This document shows, piece by piece, positions 20,039 to 31,464 of a stretch of 64,000 nt of DNA. Position numbers and translations under genes: made by a program. The notes under the pieces were generated by a model. The model had not been told where the DNA came from and ran no database searches. It was given only the letters and a program-made list of their open reading frames with translations. Each line of letters opens with the position of its first letter. Within the stretch, counting starts at the first letter, position 1. Source of the DNA: an uncultured Chloroflexia bacterium (lineage in GTDB: Bacteria; Chloroflexota; Limnocylindria; QHBO01); assembly GCA_963827475.1 (NCBI GenBank), contig CAWHAZ010000002.1, positions 64,001-128,000 of the forward strand, given 5' to 3'.

Positions 20039-21211
20039 TCAGCCGCCGCGGAGGGTGGTCCAGGCCTCGGTCCACGCGTCGTAGTCCACGCACGTGGTCG
20101 AGTCGTCATCGTCGGCACAGTCCTCGCGGGCCGTGCTCCAGTACCAGATGTCCTCCCAGTACTCCTCGTCATCGGCATGGGTCAGCTCGCAGTGGCCAGG
20201 CGAGATCGACTCCGCGTACTCGCAGGCCTCGGCGCTGGTCGGTGCCTCGCCGAAGTACACGGTGGCCTGGCCGTTGGCCTCGGCCGATGCCATGTGGTTC
20301 ATCCACATGTACATGCAGTTCGGATTGGCCGCCTCGCTGGCGATCATCCAGGTGTCTGACCAGCCGGTCGCACCCTCGGCCGGCTTGATGGCCTCGATCG
20401 GGGACGGCGGGTCGGTGAGGAGCAGCTGGTTCACCTGGAACTGCCAGGTCGTACCGATCGTGATGTCACCGGCCGCAAAGGCCGTGATCTGGTCGGCGAA
20501 CGTCGCCCCGTTCCAGAACTGCGGGTTGTGCTCGTTCTGGTGCTCGAGGAGCTCGATAGCCGCGTCGAACTGCTCCTGGGTGAGCTGGTACGGGTTGGTG
20601 ATGCCCATGTCGTCATCGGACGCCATGATGTGGATTGCCGCATCGGCGATGAAGTCCGGTGAGTCGAAGATGCTCAGCTGACCTTCGTAGTTGCCGGCGT
20701 CTTCCCACAGGCCGTTCTGGGTGGTCTGTGGTTCGACCTCCTCCGTGTTCCACGCCAACAGGTTAGGTCCGCGGCCGTGGGGCATGCCGTAGGGCACTCC
20801 ATCGAGCGAGTTGTGGGCCTGCAGCTTCAGGCCCTCGAAGACGTTGGCGTAGTTCGGAAGCAGCTCGACGTTCACCGGGGCGACATCACCCGCGGCCATC
20901 AGCCGGTCGGTGGCGTTTCCCGAGAACGAGCCGCCGTCATATTCACCCGAGCGCAGGAGCTGAACACCGCTGGCGGAGTCGGCCTGGACCGACGAGTTGA
21001 CGATGCAGCCGGTCTCCTCCTCGAATGGCGTGACCCAGTCGAACTCGGGGAATGCCGAGCCATCCTCGGCGTAGCCGCTCCAGATGACGAGATTCAGCTC
21101 GCCCTCTCCATCGCCCAGCTGCTCCAGCATCCCGCTGGGACCGGACTGCCCGCAGGCGGCCAGCACCATCACGGTGGCCATGGCAAGGACAGGAATGCGT
21201 AGTTGCCTCAT
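20039..21211 (-). CDS. Polyamine-type ABC substrate-binding lipoprotein (PotD/YdcS-like)
   Basis: Lipobox LAAC; DWVTPFEEETGC; PAEGATGWSDTW. Confidence 0.85.
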   Translation of the reverse strand: MRQLRIPVLAMATVMVLAACGQSGPSGMLEQLGDGEGELNLVIWSGYAEDGSAFPEFDWVTPFEEETGCIVNSSVQADSASGVQLLRSGEYDGGSFSGNATDRLMAAGDVAPVNVELLPNYANVFEGLKLQAHNSLDGVPYGMPHGRGPNLLAWNTEEVEPQTTQNGLWEDAGNYEGQLSIFDSPDFIADAAIHIMASDDDMGITNPYQLTQEQFDAAIELLEHQNEHNPQFWNGATFADQITAFAAGDITIGTTWQFQVNQLLLTDPPSPIEAIKPAEGATGWSDTWMIASEAANPNCMYMWMNHMASAEANGQATVYFGEAPTSAEACEYAESISPGHCELTHADDEEYWEDIWYWSTAREDCADDDDSTTCVDYDAWTEAWTTLRGG

Positions 21212-22320
21212 GTAAGGTCCACTCCCTCTTGTGCCCCCTCCGTTTCCTGGCCGACGGCCAGGCTCAACACGTGATGCCGTTTCCAGATCAGCCGGACGGG
21301 CTTGCCCTGGGCGGCAAGAGCCTCCATGGATGAGGTCTGCAGGTTCTGCTGGGTGACGACCAGCTCGCCACCCACATCGAGCGCAACGATATATCGGGTG
21401 TCCGACCCGAGGTAGACCACTTCCCGCACGCTCCCAAGGGCCGATTGCTCGTCTGATTCAGGCTCGGCGCCGGGGTCGGTGATCCGAATCTTTTCCGGCC
21501 GGACGGTGAACGTCCCCGACTGACCGATGACGGCTCGCGCGGCCTCGTCCTTCAGCAGGTTCGAGGTGCCGACGAAGCCGGCCACGAACGGGGTCGTCGG
21601 GTGCTCATACACGTCTGCCGGGGTCCCAACCTGCTCGATACCGCCCCGATTGAACACGGCGAGGCGGTCGCTCATGGTCAGCGCCTCTTCCTGGTCGTGC
21701 GTGACGTAGATGAAGGTGATCCCCACCTCCTTCTGGATGTCCTTCAGCTCGATCTGCATCTGCTCGCGGAGCTTCAGGTCAAGGGCACCCAGCGGCTCGT
21801 CGAGGAGCAGGACCCGGGGCCGGTTCACGAGGGCGCGGGCAAGGGCGACACGCTGGCGCTGCCCACCGGACAGCTGGTTGGGCTTGCGCTTCTCGAACCC
21901 CTCGAGGCGGACCATCTCCATCGCCTCGTTGACCCGAACGTCGCGCTCGGCCTTTGCCACCTTCCGGACCTCGAGGCCGTACGCGATGTTCTCACCCACC
22001 GTCATGTGCGGGAACAGGGCGTAGTCCTGGAAGACCGTGTTCACGTCCCGGTCGAACGGCGGGACAGCGCTCACGTCCTTGCCGTGGAGCAGCACACGAC
22101 CAGCGGTTGGCAGCTCGAAGCCGGCGATCAGCCGCAGGGTCGTGGTCTTCCCCGACCCCGATGGTCCGAGCATGGAGAAGAACTCACCGTCAGCGATCTC
22201 GAGGTTGATACCGGCGACCGCGGCCACGTCGCCAAAGGTCTTCTCCAGGTTCTCGAGCGCGACCGCGGGGATGGCGCCGCGGGTCGCCGGTGCAGCCTGT
22301 TGAGCAGTCTCGATCGCCAC
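21208..22320 (-). CDS. potA: Polyamine-type ABC ATP-binding protein (PotA-like)
   Basis: [26 protein letters not shown] and C-terminal TOBE region; GAGG RBS before GTG at 22320. Confidence 0.9.
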   Translation of the reverse strand: MAIETAQQAAPATRGAIPAVALENLEKTFGDVAAVAGINLEIADGEFFSMLGPSGSGKTTTLRLIAGFELPTAGRVLLHGKDVSAVPPFDRDVNTVFQDYALFPHMTVGENIAYGLEVRKVAKAERDVRVNEAMEMVRLEGFEKRKPNQLSGGQRQRVALARALVNRPRVLLLDEPLGALDLKLREQMQIELKDIQKEVGITFIYVTHDQEEALTMSDRLAVFNRGGIEQVGTPADVYEHPTTPFVAGFVGTSNLLKDEAARAVIGQSGTFTVRPEKIRITDPGAEPESDEQSALGSVREVVYLGSDTRYIVALDVGGELVVTQQNLQTSSMEALAAQGKPVRLIWKRHHVLSLAVGQETEGAQEGVDLT

Positions 22321-22445
22321 GGACACCTCGAGGACGGGACGCGCCAGGGCTCGGGCGCGGAGGATTGGCGCACTGTGCGGCGCACGGCCGCGCCGTGTCA
22401 AGGTCGGTGGCTGATAGAGTCCGGAGCCGTGTCCGGAGAGCATTC

Positions 22446-23288
22446 GTGAACCCCGGCGTCCTGTGGGGCCTCGCCACGGCCGCCGCCTGGGGCACGGCCG
22501 ACTTCGCCGGTGGCCTCGCCTCCCGCCGCTCGGTACCGATGGTCGTCACGGCGGGTTCCCAGGGAATTGGGCTCATCGTCCTGGCCTTCGGCGCGCTGGC
22601 CCTGCGGCCTCCGCTCCCACCCCTGGAGGCCATGGCCGTCGGTGCGATCGCCGGGATCGGCGGCGGACTGGGCCTGGCGTTCCTGTACGAGGGCCTGGCC
22701 CGCGGGGCGATGGGCATCGTGTCGTCGCTCGCGGGGGCAGGAGCCGTGGTCATCCCGCTGCTCGTCAGCCTCGTCCTGGGAACGGAGATAGCGGCCCCCG
22801 CCCTCGTGGGGGTAGGCCTGATCCTGCTGGCCGGGCTCGCGGCCGCCGACGTGTCCCGCGACCAGGCCAGCCGTGCGTCGCTGTTGCTTGCTTTCGGAGC
22901 GGCCGTCGGGTTCGCGGCGTGGTACCTGCTCATCGACCAGGTCGCTGACGAGGGGCGGCTCTGGGTCCTGATCGCCAGCCGCAGCGCCTCGACGCTGCTG
23001 CTGGTCACCATCGTCCTCGCGACCCGCGCGCGCGATGGCATCCCGACCCTGCGCCCGGTCCTGCCGTTCGTGGCACTCGCCGGCATCCTCGATGTCGGCG
23101 CCAACGTCTTCTTCGTCCTGGCCCGTGGCGACATCAGCGTCGCGCTGGCCGCCACCATCTCCGGCCTCTACCCGCTGTTCACGATGACCCTCGCCCGCGT
23201 CGTCCTCGGCGAACGCCTCCCACGGCTGGGCCTGGTGGCGGTCGTGATGGCGGTGGCCGGGACGGTCCTCATTTCGGTGGCGCGCTGA
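22446..23288 (+). CDS. EamA/DMT family transporter
   Basis: AWGTADFAGGLASRR and GLYPLFT..LARVVLGERL; about ten TM helices. Confidence 0.85.
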   Translation: MNPGVLWGLATAAAWGTADFAGGLASRRSVPMVVTAGSQGIGLIVLAFGALALRPPLPPLEAMAVGAIAGIGGGLGLAFLYEGLARGAMGIVSSLAGAGAVVIPLLVSLVLGTEIAAPALVGVGLILLAGLAAADVSRDQASRASLLLAFGAAVGFAAWYLLIDQVADEGRLWVLIASRSASTLLLVTIVLATRARDGIPTLRPVLPFVALAGILDVGANVFFVLARGDISVALAATISGLYPLFTMTLARVVLGERLPRLGLVAVVMAVAGTVLISVAR

Positions 23289-23295
23289 CCCGCCC

Positions 23296-23469
23296 GTCTT
23301 GATAAGCCGGCAGTAAGCCGCCGGTACCGACTCACACGCTGTCATCGGTCTGGCGCGGGTCCCGGGAGTAGCCATTCCCGGTTCGGCGAACGCCGAGCAG
23401 GCGAGGAACAGACCGATGTCGACCCCGAGCGGGGCCACGACCGGCGGCGGCTGGCCGGCTTAAGGAGAC
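23296..23469 (+). ncRNA. ssrS: 6S RNA-like structured RNA
   Basis: Intergenic 174-nt fold-back: GTCTT/GAGAC, TAAGCCGGC/GCCGGCTTA, GCCGCCGGT/ACCGGCGGC, central bubble, CATCGGTCTG/CAGACCGATG and two apical hairpins; G-U pairs form only on the + strand. Confidence 0.6.
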
Positions 23470-23548
23470 ACCGGCGGCGGCCCCGAGCCGCCTCGGCGCT
23501 GGGCGCGGCTATCATGGCCGCGACCCATCTGCCCGAGGTCGCTTCTGC

Positions 23549-25832
<2,284 letters not shown>

Positions 25833-25836
<4 letters not shown>

Positions 25837-26921
25837 CAACGGCCCAAACGCTCGACGAGCGACCGCGCGCCGTCCTCGTCCTGCCAGGCCGTGGCGCCTA
25901 CGCCGCCGCCACCCTGGGTGCGATCCCGACTGACCATCCGCTCGTCGCTCGGGCCGAGGCGATCCGAGCGGAGCTGGGGCTCGACAGCCTGCTCGCGCTC
26001 GACGCAGCCGACACCTTCGAGCCATCGGTCCATCTCCGGCCGGCGAACGCCTCGCCGCTCATCTTCCTGGCGGGGGTCCTGGATGCCGAACGGGCGACGG
26101 CCGACCATCGGCTGGTGGCCATCATCGGCAACTCGCTGGGCTGGTCCACCGCGCTTGCCGTGTCCGGCGCACTCGAGTTCGATGACGCCTTCCGGCTGGT
26201 CCAGGGCATCGCCCTGCTCCAGGAGGAGGCGGTGGACGCCGGGGTCACCGGCGGCCAGCTCATCTACCCGCGGGTCGGCGTCGACTGGCAACCGGTCGAG
26301 GCATTCACTGCCGCGCTGGACGCGGCCCTGACCGATGGCGCCGATACCGAAAACCTCGATGCCGATGGCCGCGGCAACGAGGATGGGGCGACCGATTCCG
26401 ACCGGGCGTATCCGAGCGTCGACCTCGGCGCCTACCTGGTTCTGGCCGCGTCGGAACCGGGAATCGCGCGCCTGCTTGATGTTTTGCCGCCGGTGAAGAT
26501 CGGTGAGCGCCAGTTCCCGCTCCGCCTCGCCTACCACGGCCCGTACCACACGCCACTGCTGGCCGAGGTTGCCAGCGCGGCCCGGGCTCGTTTCTCGACG
26601 CTGGACTGGCGTGCGCCGTCTGTGACCCTGATCGACGGGCGCGGATCTCGGTTCACACCGTGGGCCACCAATCCCGTCGACCTGGCGTGGTACACCCTCG
26701 GCGATCAGATCGTCACGCCGTACCAGTTTGCGGCGAGCGCCCGGGTCGCGCTCCGCGAATACGCACCCGATGTCCTGGTCCTGACCGGACCGGGGAACAC
26801 GCTCGGCGGCGTGACCGGCCAGCTGGTCGTGGCCGAGGGGTATCGAGGGATTCGAACCCGGGCCGACTTCGAGTCCGCCCAAGCCGGCGCCGCTCCCCTC
26901 GTCCTGTCGATGGGTCGCTGA
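25833..26921 (+). CDS. FabD-like acyltransferase (atypical ACP S-malonyltransferase family)
   Basis: PGRG, GNSLG nucleophile and GPYHT; ATGA overlap with the E1 stop. Confidence 0.8.
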
Positions 26922-26928
26922 CCGGCCG

Positions 26929-27282
26929 ATGGACTGCCGGCTCGTTTCCTTCGGACTGATCGAGATCGACGGGAAGCGGTACGACCGCGACGTCGTCGTG
27001 GAGGCCGGCGAAGTTCGACGCCGGAAGAAGGGTCCGTCGAAGCCGCGGAAGGCGGAGTTCGGGCACACCCCGCTGACGTCGGATGAGGCAATTCCGTGGT
27101 CCGGACGGCAGCTCATCGTCGGGACCGGCGCCAGCGGGCAGCTACCGATCACCGATGACCTCTACCGCGAGGCGGCGCGGCGCGGAGTCGAGATCATCGC
27201 ACGGCCGACGGCCGAGGCCTGCGAGCTCATCTCCGCCAGCGACGATCCATCGGTGGCGGCCGTCCTCCACGTGACCTGCTAG
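26929..27282 (+). CDS. Mth938-like (DUF498/DUF598) protein
   Basis: FGLIEIDGKRY, LIVGTGASG and C-terminal LHVTC. Confidence 0.85.
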   Translation: MDCRLVSFGLIEIDGKRYDRDVVVEAGEVRRRKKGPSKPRKAEFGHTPLTSDEAIPWSGRQLIVGTGASGQLPITDDLYREAARRGVEIIARPTAEACELISASDDPSVAAVLHVTC

Positions 27283-27312
27283 TCCGGACGGGCCCGCCTG
27301 ACGTCGATGGGG

Positions 27313-27389
27313 TGGCGTCCCCGGCAGGATTCGAACCTGCGACCCGCTGCTTAGAAGGCAGCCGCTCTGGTCCACTGAGCTACGGGGAC
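27313..27389 (-). tRNA. tRNA-Arg(UCU)
   Basis: Minus strand GTCCCCG...GCTGC-CTTCTAA-GCAGC...GGTTCGAATCC...CGGGGACGCCA; 77 nt with CCA encoded. Confidence 0.95.
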
Positions 27390-27424
27390 CGGGCACAGAA
27401 TAGAGGCGATAGACTGATCCGACC

Positions 27425-27724
27425 ATGCCCGACGAGCCCGTCGCTCCCCCGCCGCAGCTCCAGCCGACGCAGCTGGAGATCGACAAGGGTCTGCTCCGCG
27501 ACGAGGACCTGCTGAACCCCGAGCACCTGCGGCGAATGGACCAAACCCTGCTCCGGCGGAACCTGGACCACGCCCGGATCACCTCGCGCAAGCTGTCGCT
27601 CGAGCTCCAGCAGTACGTGCACCTCTACACGCCCGAGGCGAACGAGCTGCGTCGCCGGATCGAGAAATACCTGGTCATGGAGCAGCTGATTGAAAGGGAG
27701 ATGGCTCGCCGCCACACGTACTGA
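27425..27724 (+). CDS. Hypothetical alpha-helical protein (99 aa)
   Basis: GC-rich third codon positions; TAGACT 9 nt upstream; divergent from tRNA-Arg. Confidence 0.7.
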   Translation: MPDEPVAPPPQLQPTQLEIDKGLLRDEDLLNPEHLRRMDQTLLRRNLDHARITSRKLSLELQQYVHLYTPEANELRRRIEKYLVMEQLIEREMARRHTY

Positions 27725-27744
27725 GGCCCCCAAACGGCCGAATT

Positions 27745-27784
27745 TGTGGATATCTACGGGCCCTCGGGCGGCCATCGTGGATAA
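27745..27784. promoter_or_regulatory. Two DnaA-box-like sites
   Basis: TGTGGATAT (27745) and CGTGGATAA (27776), each one mismatch from TGTGGATAA. Confidence 0.55.
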
Positions 27785-27899
27785 CTCGGACGGGGGCCAA
27801 CGGGCCGCCGCCGGGGTTCGCGGTGCGGGTCCGGCCGGTTGATGGACGAGAGCGCTCCTGCGGAGGGAGCGGCGGCCTATCTCGGGCTCGGTTTCCTCC

Positions 27900-28283
27900 C
27901 TAGCCGCCCAGCGGCCCGACCAGCACGGGCTCTGGGGCGTCCGGCAGACCGGCCAGCACCTCGCGGACCCACGCGGCCAGGCGCGGCATCTCGAACAGCG
28001 AAAACGTCACGCCGTAGGCCTCCAACTGGTCGAAGCCCCATCCATTGAACTCCCGGCGTGCGGCCACGACCCACATTTCGTCGTAGAGGTCGGGCCAGGC
28101 CCGCGGCCGGCGCCGATGGCAGAACCGGATGAATTCGGCGACCTCGGGCGGCGGGGAGGCGGGCAGGTCACCGTCTTCGGCGCGCTCAAGCAGCGCGTCG
28201 GGAGTCGGAACGGGTGTCTCGGGTTGCTGCACGACGAGGAGGCGACTCGATAAGGACGGCAATACCGATGAATTGGCTGACAC
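27900..28283 (-). CDS. Hypothetical protein; start uncertain
   Basis: Protein-like core EFIRFCHRRRPRAWPDLYDEMWVVAARREFNGWG. Confidence 0.65.
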   Translation of the reverse strand: MSANSSVLPSLSSRLLVVQQPETPVPTPDALLERAEDGDLPASPPPEVAEFIRFCHRRRPRAWPDLYDEMWVVAARREFNGWGFDQLEAYGVTFSLFEMPRLAAWVREVLAGLPDAPEPVLVGPLGG

Positions 28284-28340
28284 CGATGCTAGGCGTCGGC
28301 GCCGAATGGTAGGAGCCGATGGCGACCACCGATAGGGGTA

Positions 28341-28393
28341 ATGTCCACCAACTTTTCCACATTCCTTTCCACCGCCCCGTCGCGGGTGGACAG
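28341..28393. promoter_or_regulatory. DnaA-box array: three boxes at 12-bp period plus one inverted
   Basis: ATGTCCACC (28341), TTTTCCACA (28353, matches TTWTNCACA), CTTTCCACC (28365) and inverted GGTGGACAG (28385). Confidence 0.55.
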
Positions 28394-28400
28394 GTCAGCG

Positions 28401-29538
28401 TCAGGCGGTGGACAGATGCCGAAATCGGACCTCGCGGCTGGCGGCGTCCGGATCGAGGAAGGCGAGGAGCCGCTCGCCCTCCGCGCCGATCGCGTCGATG
28501 TCGCGGCCATCCAGCGCCTCCAACAGCGCGACGTCGAGGGCGGCCGAGTGCTGCGCGCGGTCGCGTTCCAGGCGCCAGATCGCGCGGCCGAAGCCGTCGA
28601 CCAGGATCGAGCCGAAGCTGATCATGTCGAGCGTCAGCAACCGCTTCCGATGGTGCTCGTCGATGATCCGGCTGCGGTCCGCGTGGCCGAGCCCAACGTT
28701 GTCGTAGACGGGAAGGAAGCGCACCGGAGCCGGGGTCTCCGGGTCAGGCAGCTCCCCGTCGGCGACGTCCAGCAGCTCTCGTCCCTGCTCGTCCTGAAAC
28801 GCGCGGAGCCGCGGTCGTAGCCGGTCGAGGATCTGTGCGGCGCCGGGGAGGCCCGACCACTCCCGGACGTCCGCCGCCGTCGCCGGACCGAACGCAGCGA
28901 GGTAGCGGAGGACGAGGTCATCCGGCGAAGGGTCGGAGGACATCGGCTTGTCGAGCCACGACTCGAGCAGCGCCCACCTCGCCTGGCCGGACCGCCGCCA
29001 CAACCCGCGGGGCGGAACCTGGACGACCGGAACGAGGTAAGTCACCGCCTGCGCCAAGGCCGTTCCGTCGGCGTGCGGCCAGCGTTCGCCCAGCAGGCTC
29101 CGTAACTCGGCCCGCGTCCGCGGCTCCGCATCCAGCAGGGTCGACCCGGCAGCGGTCACCTCGGCCGCGTCGACTCCGCCCTCGACCAGCCGGCGGCCGA
29201 ACAGGCTCTTCGGCGTCATGTGCCGCGCGAGGACCGGCTGCAAGGATCGGTCGCATCATCAGCGCGTCGCGAGCGGTGACCAGGTGGATGGTCGCTCGGA
29301 GCAATTGACCGCGGACCACCTGCCGCTCCGCGAGCATGTCAGACAGGATCATCGGGTCGAAGCCTTCGATCCTCGACCACAGCGCGACGTACGGATCCGT
29401 GACCTCCTGCGCCTGGAGCGCGACGAGATGCTCGATGACCTCCGCCGGCGGCCGGTCGACCCGCTCCAGCAGCAGCTGCCGGGCCAGAAGCGCCCGGTTG
29501 AGGTCCCGTCGATCCAGGGTCCGAATGCTCACGGTCAT
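28401..29538 (-). CDS. AlkZ-like (HTH_42 winged-helix) DNA glycosylase, frameshift near 29240
   Basis: LNRALLARQLLL, LQAQ, RATIHLV, RYLAAFGPAT and RFLPVYD. Confidence 0.85.
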
Positions 29539-29576
29539 CGACGACTTCCATTGATGGCGTCTCGTACGATCGTATC

Positions 29577-30425
29577 GTGCAGCTCCGCAGGAAACGGTTC
29601 GACCACCCCGACGAGATTCGGACCGTCGAGAAAGCGCGGATCGAGCTCGTCGAGCTGGGGGACGCCGCGATCGGCTTTGCCACCTTCGAGCCCGGGTGGC
29701 ATTGGGCGGAGCACGTCAAACCCATCGTCGAAACCGAGACGTGCGAGGTGCATCACCTCGGCTACGTGATGTCCGGGCACCTCCATGTCGACATGGACGA
29801 TGGTGCGTCCATCGACCTCACCGCCGGCGACGTGTTCGAGGTCCCGCCCGGACACGTCGCGTACGTCATCGGCGACGAGCCGTGGACGTCGATCGACTTC
29901 GCCGGTCGTCGGATGTTTGCCAAGGCGCCGACGGAAGAGACGAAGCGGAAGTTCGCGACGATCGTGTTCACCGATCTCTCGCGATCCACCGAGACCGCCC
30001 GCCAGATGGGCGACACGCGCTGGCGCACGCTCCTGGCCGAGCAAAACCAGGCGGCGAGATCCCAGATCGAGCGCTTCAGCGGGCGGGAGATTCAAACGAC
30101 CGGCGATGGGTTCCTCGTCATGTTCGACCACCCCGGCCAGGCGGTGCGTGGGGCCGCGGCGATGGTGGATACCGCGACGAGCTACGGGCTCACCGCTCGA
30201 GCGGGCATCCACACCGGTGAGGTCGAGCTCCAGGGCGATGACGTTCGCGGAATCGCCGTCCACATGGCGGCGCGCATCGTGGCCATTGCCGAGCCCGGGG
30301 AGGTCCTCGTCTCCGGGACGGTCCGGGATCTTCTCGCGGGATCCGGGCTCGAGTTCACCGAGCGTGGCGCGTTCGAACTCCGAGGCATCGAAGGCCACAG
30401 GGTTCTCGCCACCCTCGTTCGCTGA
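29577..30425 (+). CDS. Cupin plus class III nucleotidyl cyclase fusion
   Basis: Cupin FEPGWHW..CEVHHLGYVMSG..VPPGH; cyclase FTDL, TGDGF, RAGIHTGEV and AVHMAARI. Confidence 0.85.
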   Translation: MQLRRKRFDHPDEIRTVEKARIELVELGDAAIGFATFEPGWHWAEHVKPIVETETCEVHHLGYVMSGHLHVDMDDGASIDLTAGDVFEVPPGHVAYVIGDEPWTSIDFAGRRMFAKAPTEETKRKFATIVFTDLSRSTETARQMGDTRWRTLLAEQNQAARSQIERFSGREIQTTGDGFLVMFDHPGQAVRGAAAMVDTATSYGLTARAGIHTGEVELQGDDVRGIAVHMAARIVAIAEPGEVLVSGTVRDLLAGSGLEFTERGAFELRGIEGHRVLATLVR

Positions 30426-30444
30426 TCGCGGCGGCAGCCTCAGC

Positions 30445-30840
30445 GTGGATCCGTTGACCCCGACGTCGCTGGCCGCGGTGCTGGCGACGGCTGGGTTCCT
30501 CCTCCTGGCCGGCTTCCAGGCCGCACTCGCCGCCGGCGCTCCGTGGGGGAGAGCGGCGTGGGGTGGAGGGCAGGCTGTGCTGCCCCGAAATCTGCGGATT
30601 GCCAGTGTGGTGTCAATGGTGATCTGGCTGGGTGCGGCCGCGATCATCCTGGCTCGCGCCGGGCTTGCAGTGACTCAGATCTCGGACGCCATCGCGTACT
30701 GGGCCACGTGGCTGCTCGTGGCCCTGCTCTTGGTCGGCGCCGTCGTGAACTTCGCTTCTTCGAGCCCGTACGAGCGATTCGGATGGGCGCCGTTCGCGCT
30801 GGTGATGGCCCTGCTGACGCTGGTCGTGGCCCTGAGCTAG
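30445..30840 (+). CDS. Hypothetical 4-TM membrane protein
   Basis: FQAALAAGAPWGRAAWGG; four hydrophobic segments. Confidence 0.75.
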   Translation: MDPLTPTSLAAVLATAGFLLLAGFQAALAAGAPWGRAAWGGGQAVLPRNLRIASVVSMVIWLGAAAIILARAGLAVTQISDAIAYWATWLLVALLLVGAVVNFASSSPYERFGWAPFALVMALLTLVVALS

Positions 30841-30863
30841 ACCGGTATCGCGATGGGTGAAAG

Positions 30864-30940
30864 TGGTACCGCATACCGGATTCGAACCGGTGATCTCCGC
30901 CTTGAGAGGGCGGTGTCCTAGGCCTCTAGACGAATGCGGC
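30864..30940 (-). tRNA. tRNA-Glu(CUC)
   Basis: Minus strand GCCGCAT...CCGCC-CTCTCAA-GGCGG...GGTTCGAATCC...ATGCGGTACCA; 77 nt; TATACT upstream. Confidence 0.95.
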
Positions 30941-31018
30941 ACGCCGCGGCGCGTCCCGGTCGGGAGGGCCGGCGGGAGTATAACAACGCTCATCTGAGAC
31001 CCTCAAAGAGGCAGGCCC

Positions 31019-31455
31019 GTGCGCGCACAAAACCAGATCACCATCCTCCGTCCGGCCGAGGAGGTTTTCGCGGTGCTGACCGATGCGCCGACCATCACCC
31101 GTGGGCGTCGACCACCGACCGGGCCTGGTGGGTGACGCCGCCGCCGTACGGCGTCGGATCGGTCCGTCGCGCCACCGGCGTCGTGCGGGGTCAGCGGTTC
31201 GAGAACGAGGCGACCATCGTCGAGCACGATCCACCCCGACGCCAGGTGCTGTCCGGCGAGGAGTCCGGCGCGAAGTTCCGGGTCACGGTGGACTTGGCGC
31301 CGGTGCCCGACGGGACCACCGTGACGGTGACCTCGGACATCGAGCTGACCGGCGGGATGCGCTTCCTCGGACCGATGATCTCGCGGGAGTACCGCAAGAC
31401 GTGGGACGCCGACCTGGCGAGCCTCAAGCGGATGATGGAGGCCGGCGAGCTGTAA
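31019..31455 (+). CDS. SRPBCC family protein, frameshift near 31085
   Basis: ITILRPAEEVFAVLTD in one frame; EHDPPRR...DLASLKRMME in another. Confidence 0.75.
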
Positions 31456-31464
31456 GGGGCCTGC

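Noticed and set aside
23296-23548. TPP riboswitch upstream of the ThDP enzyme
   Set aside because: Lacks the TGAGA and CCTGA/AGCG..GGGA core; a rod with a central bubble fits 6S better, and a separate TATCAT precedes the E1 gene.
26847-26865. GGGATTCGAACCC resembling a tRNA T-arm or att remnant
   Set aside because: It lies in frame within the acyltransferase gene, has no surrounding cloverleaf and does not extend as a match to either tRNA.
27313-30940. Genomic island between or at the two tRNAs
   Set aside because: No integrase and no duplicated tRNA 3' end found by eye.
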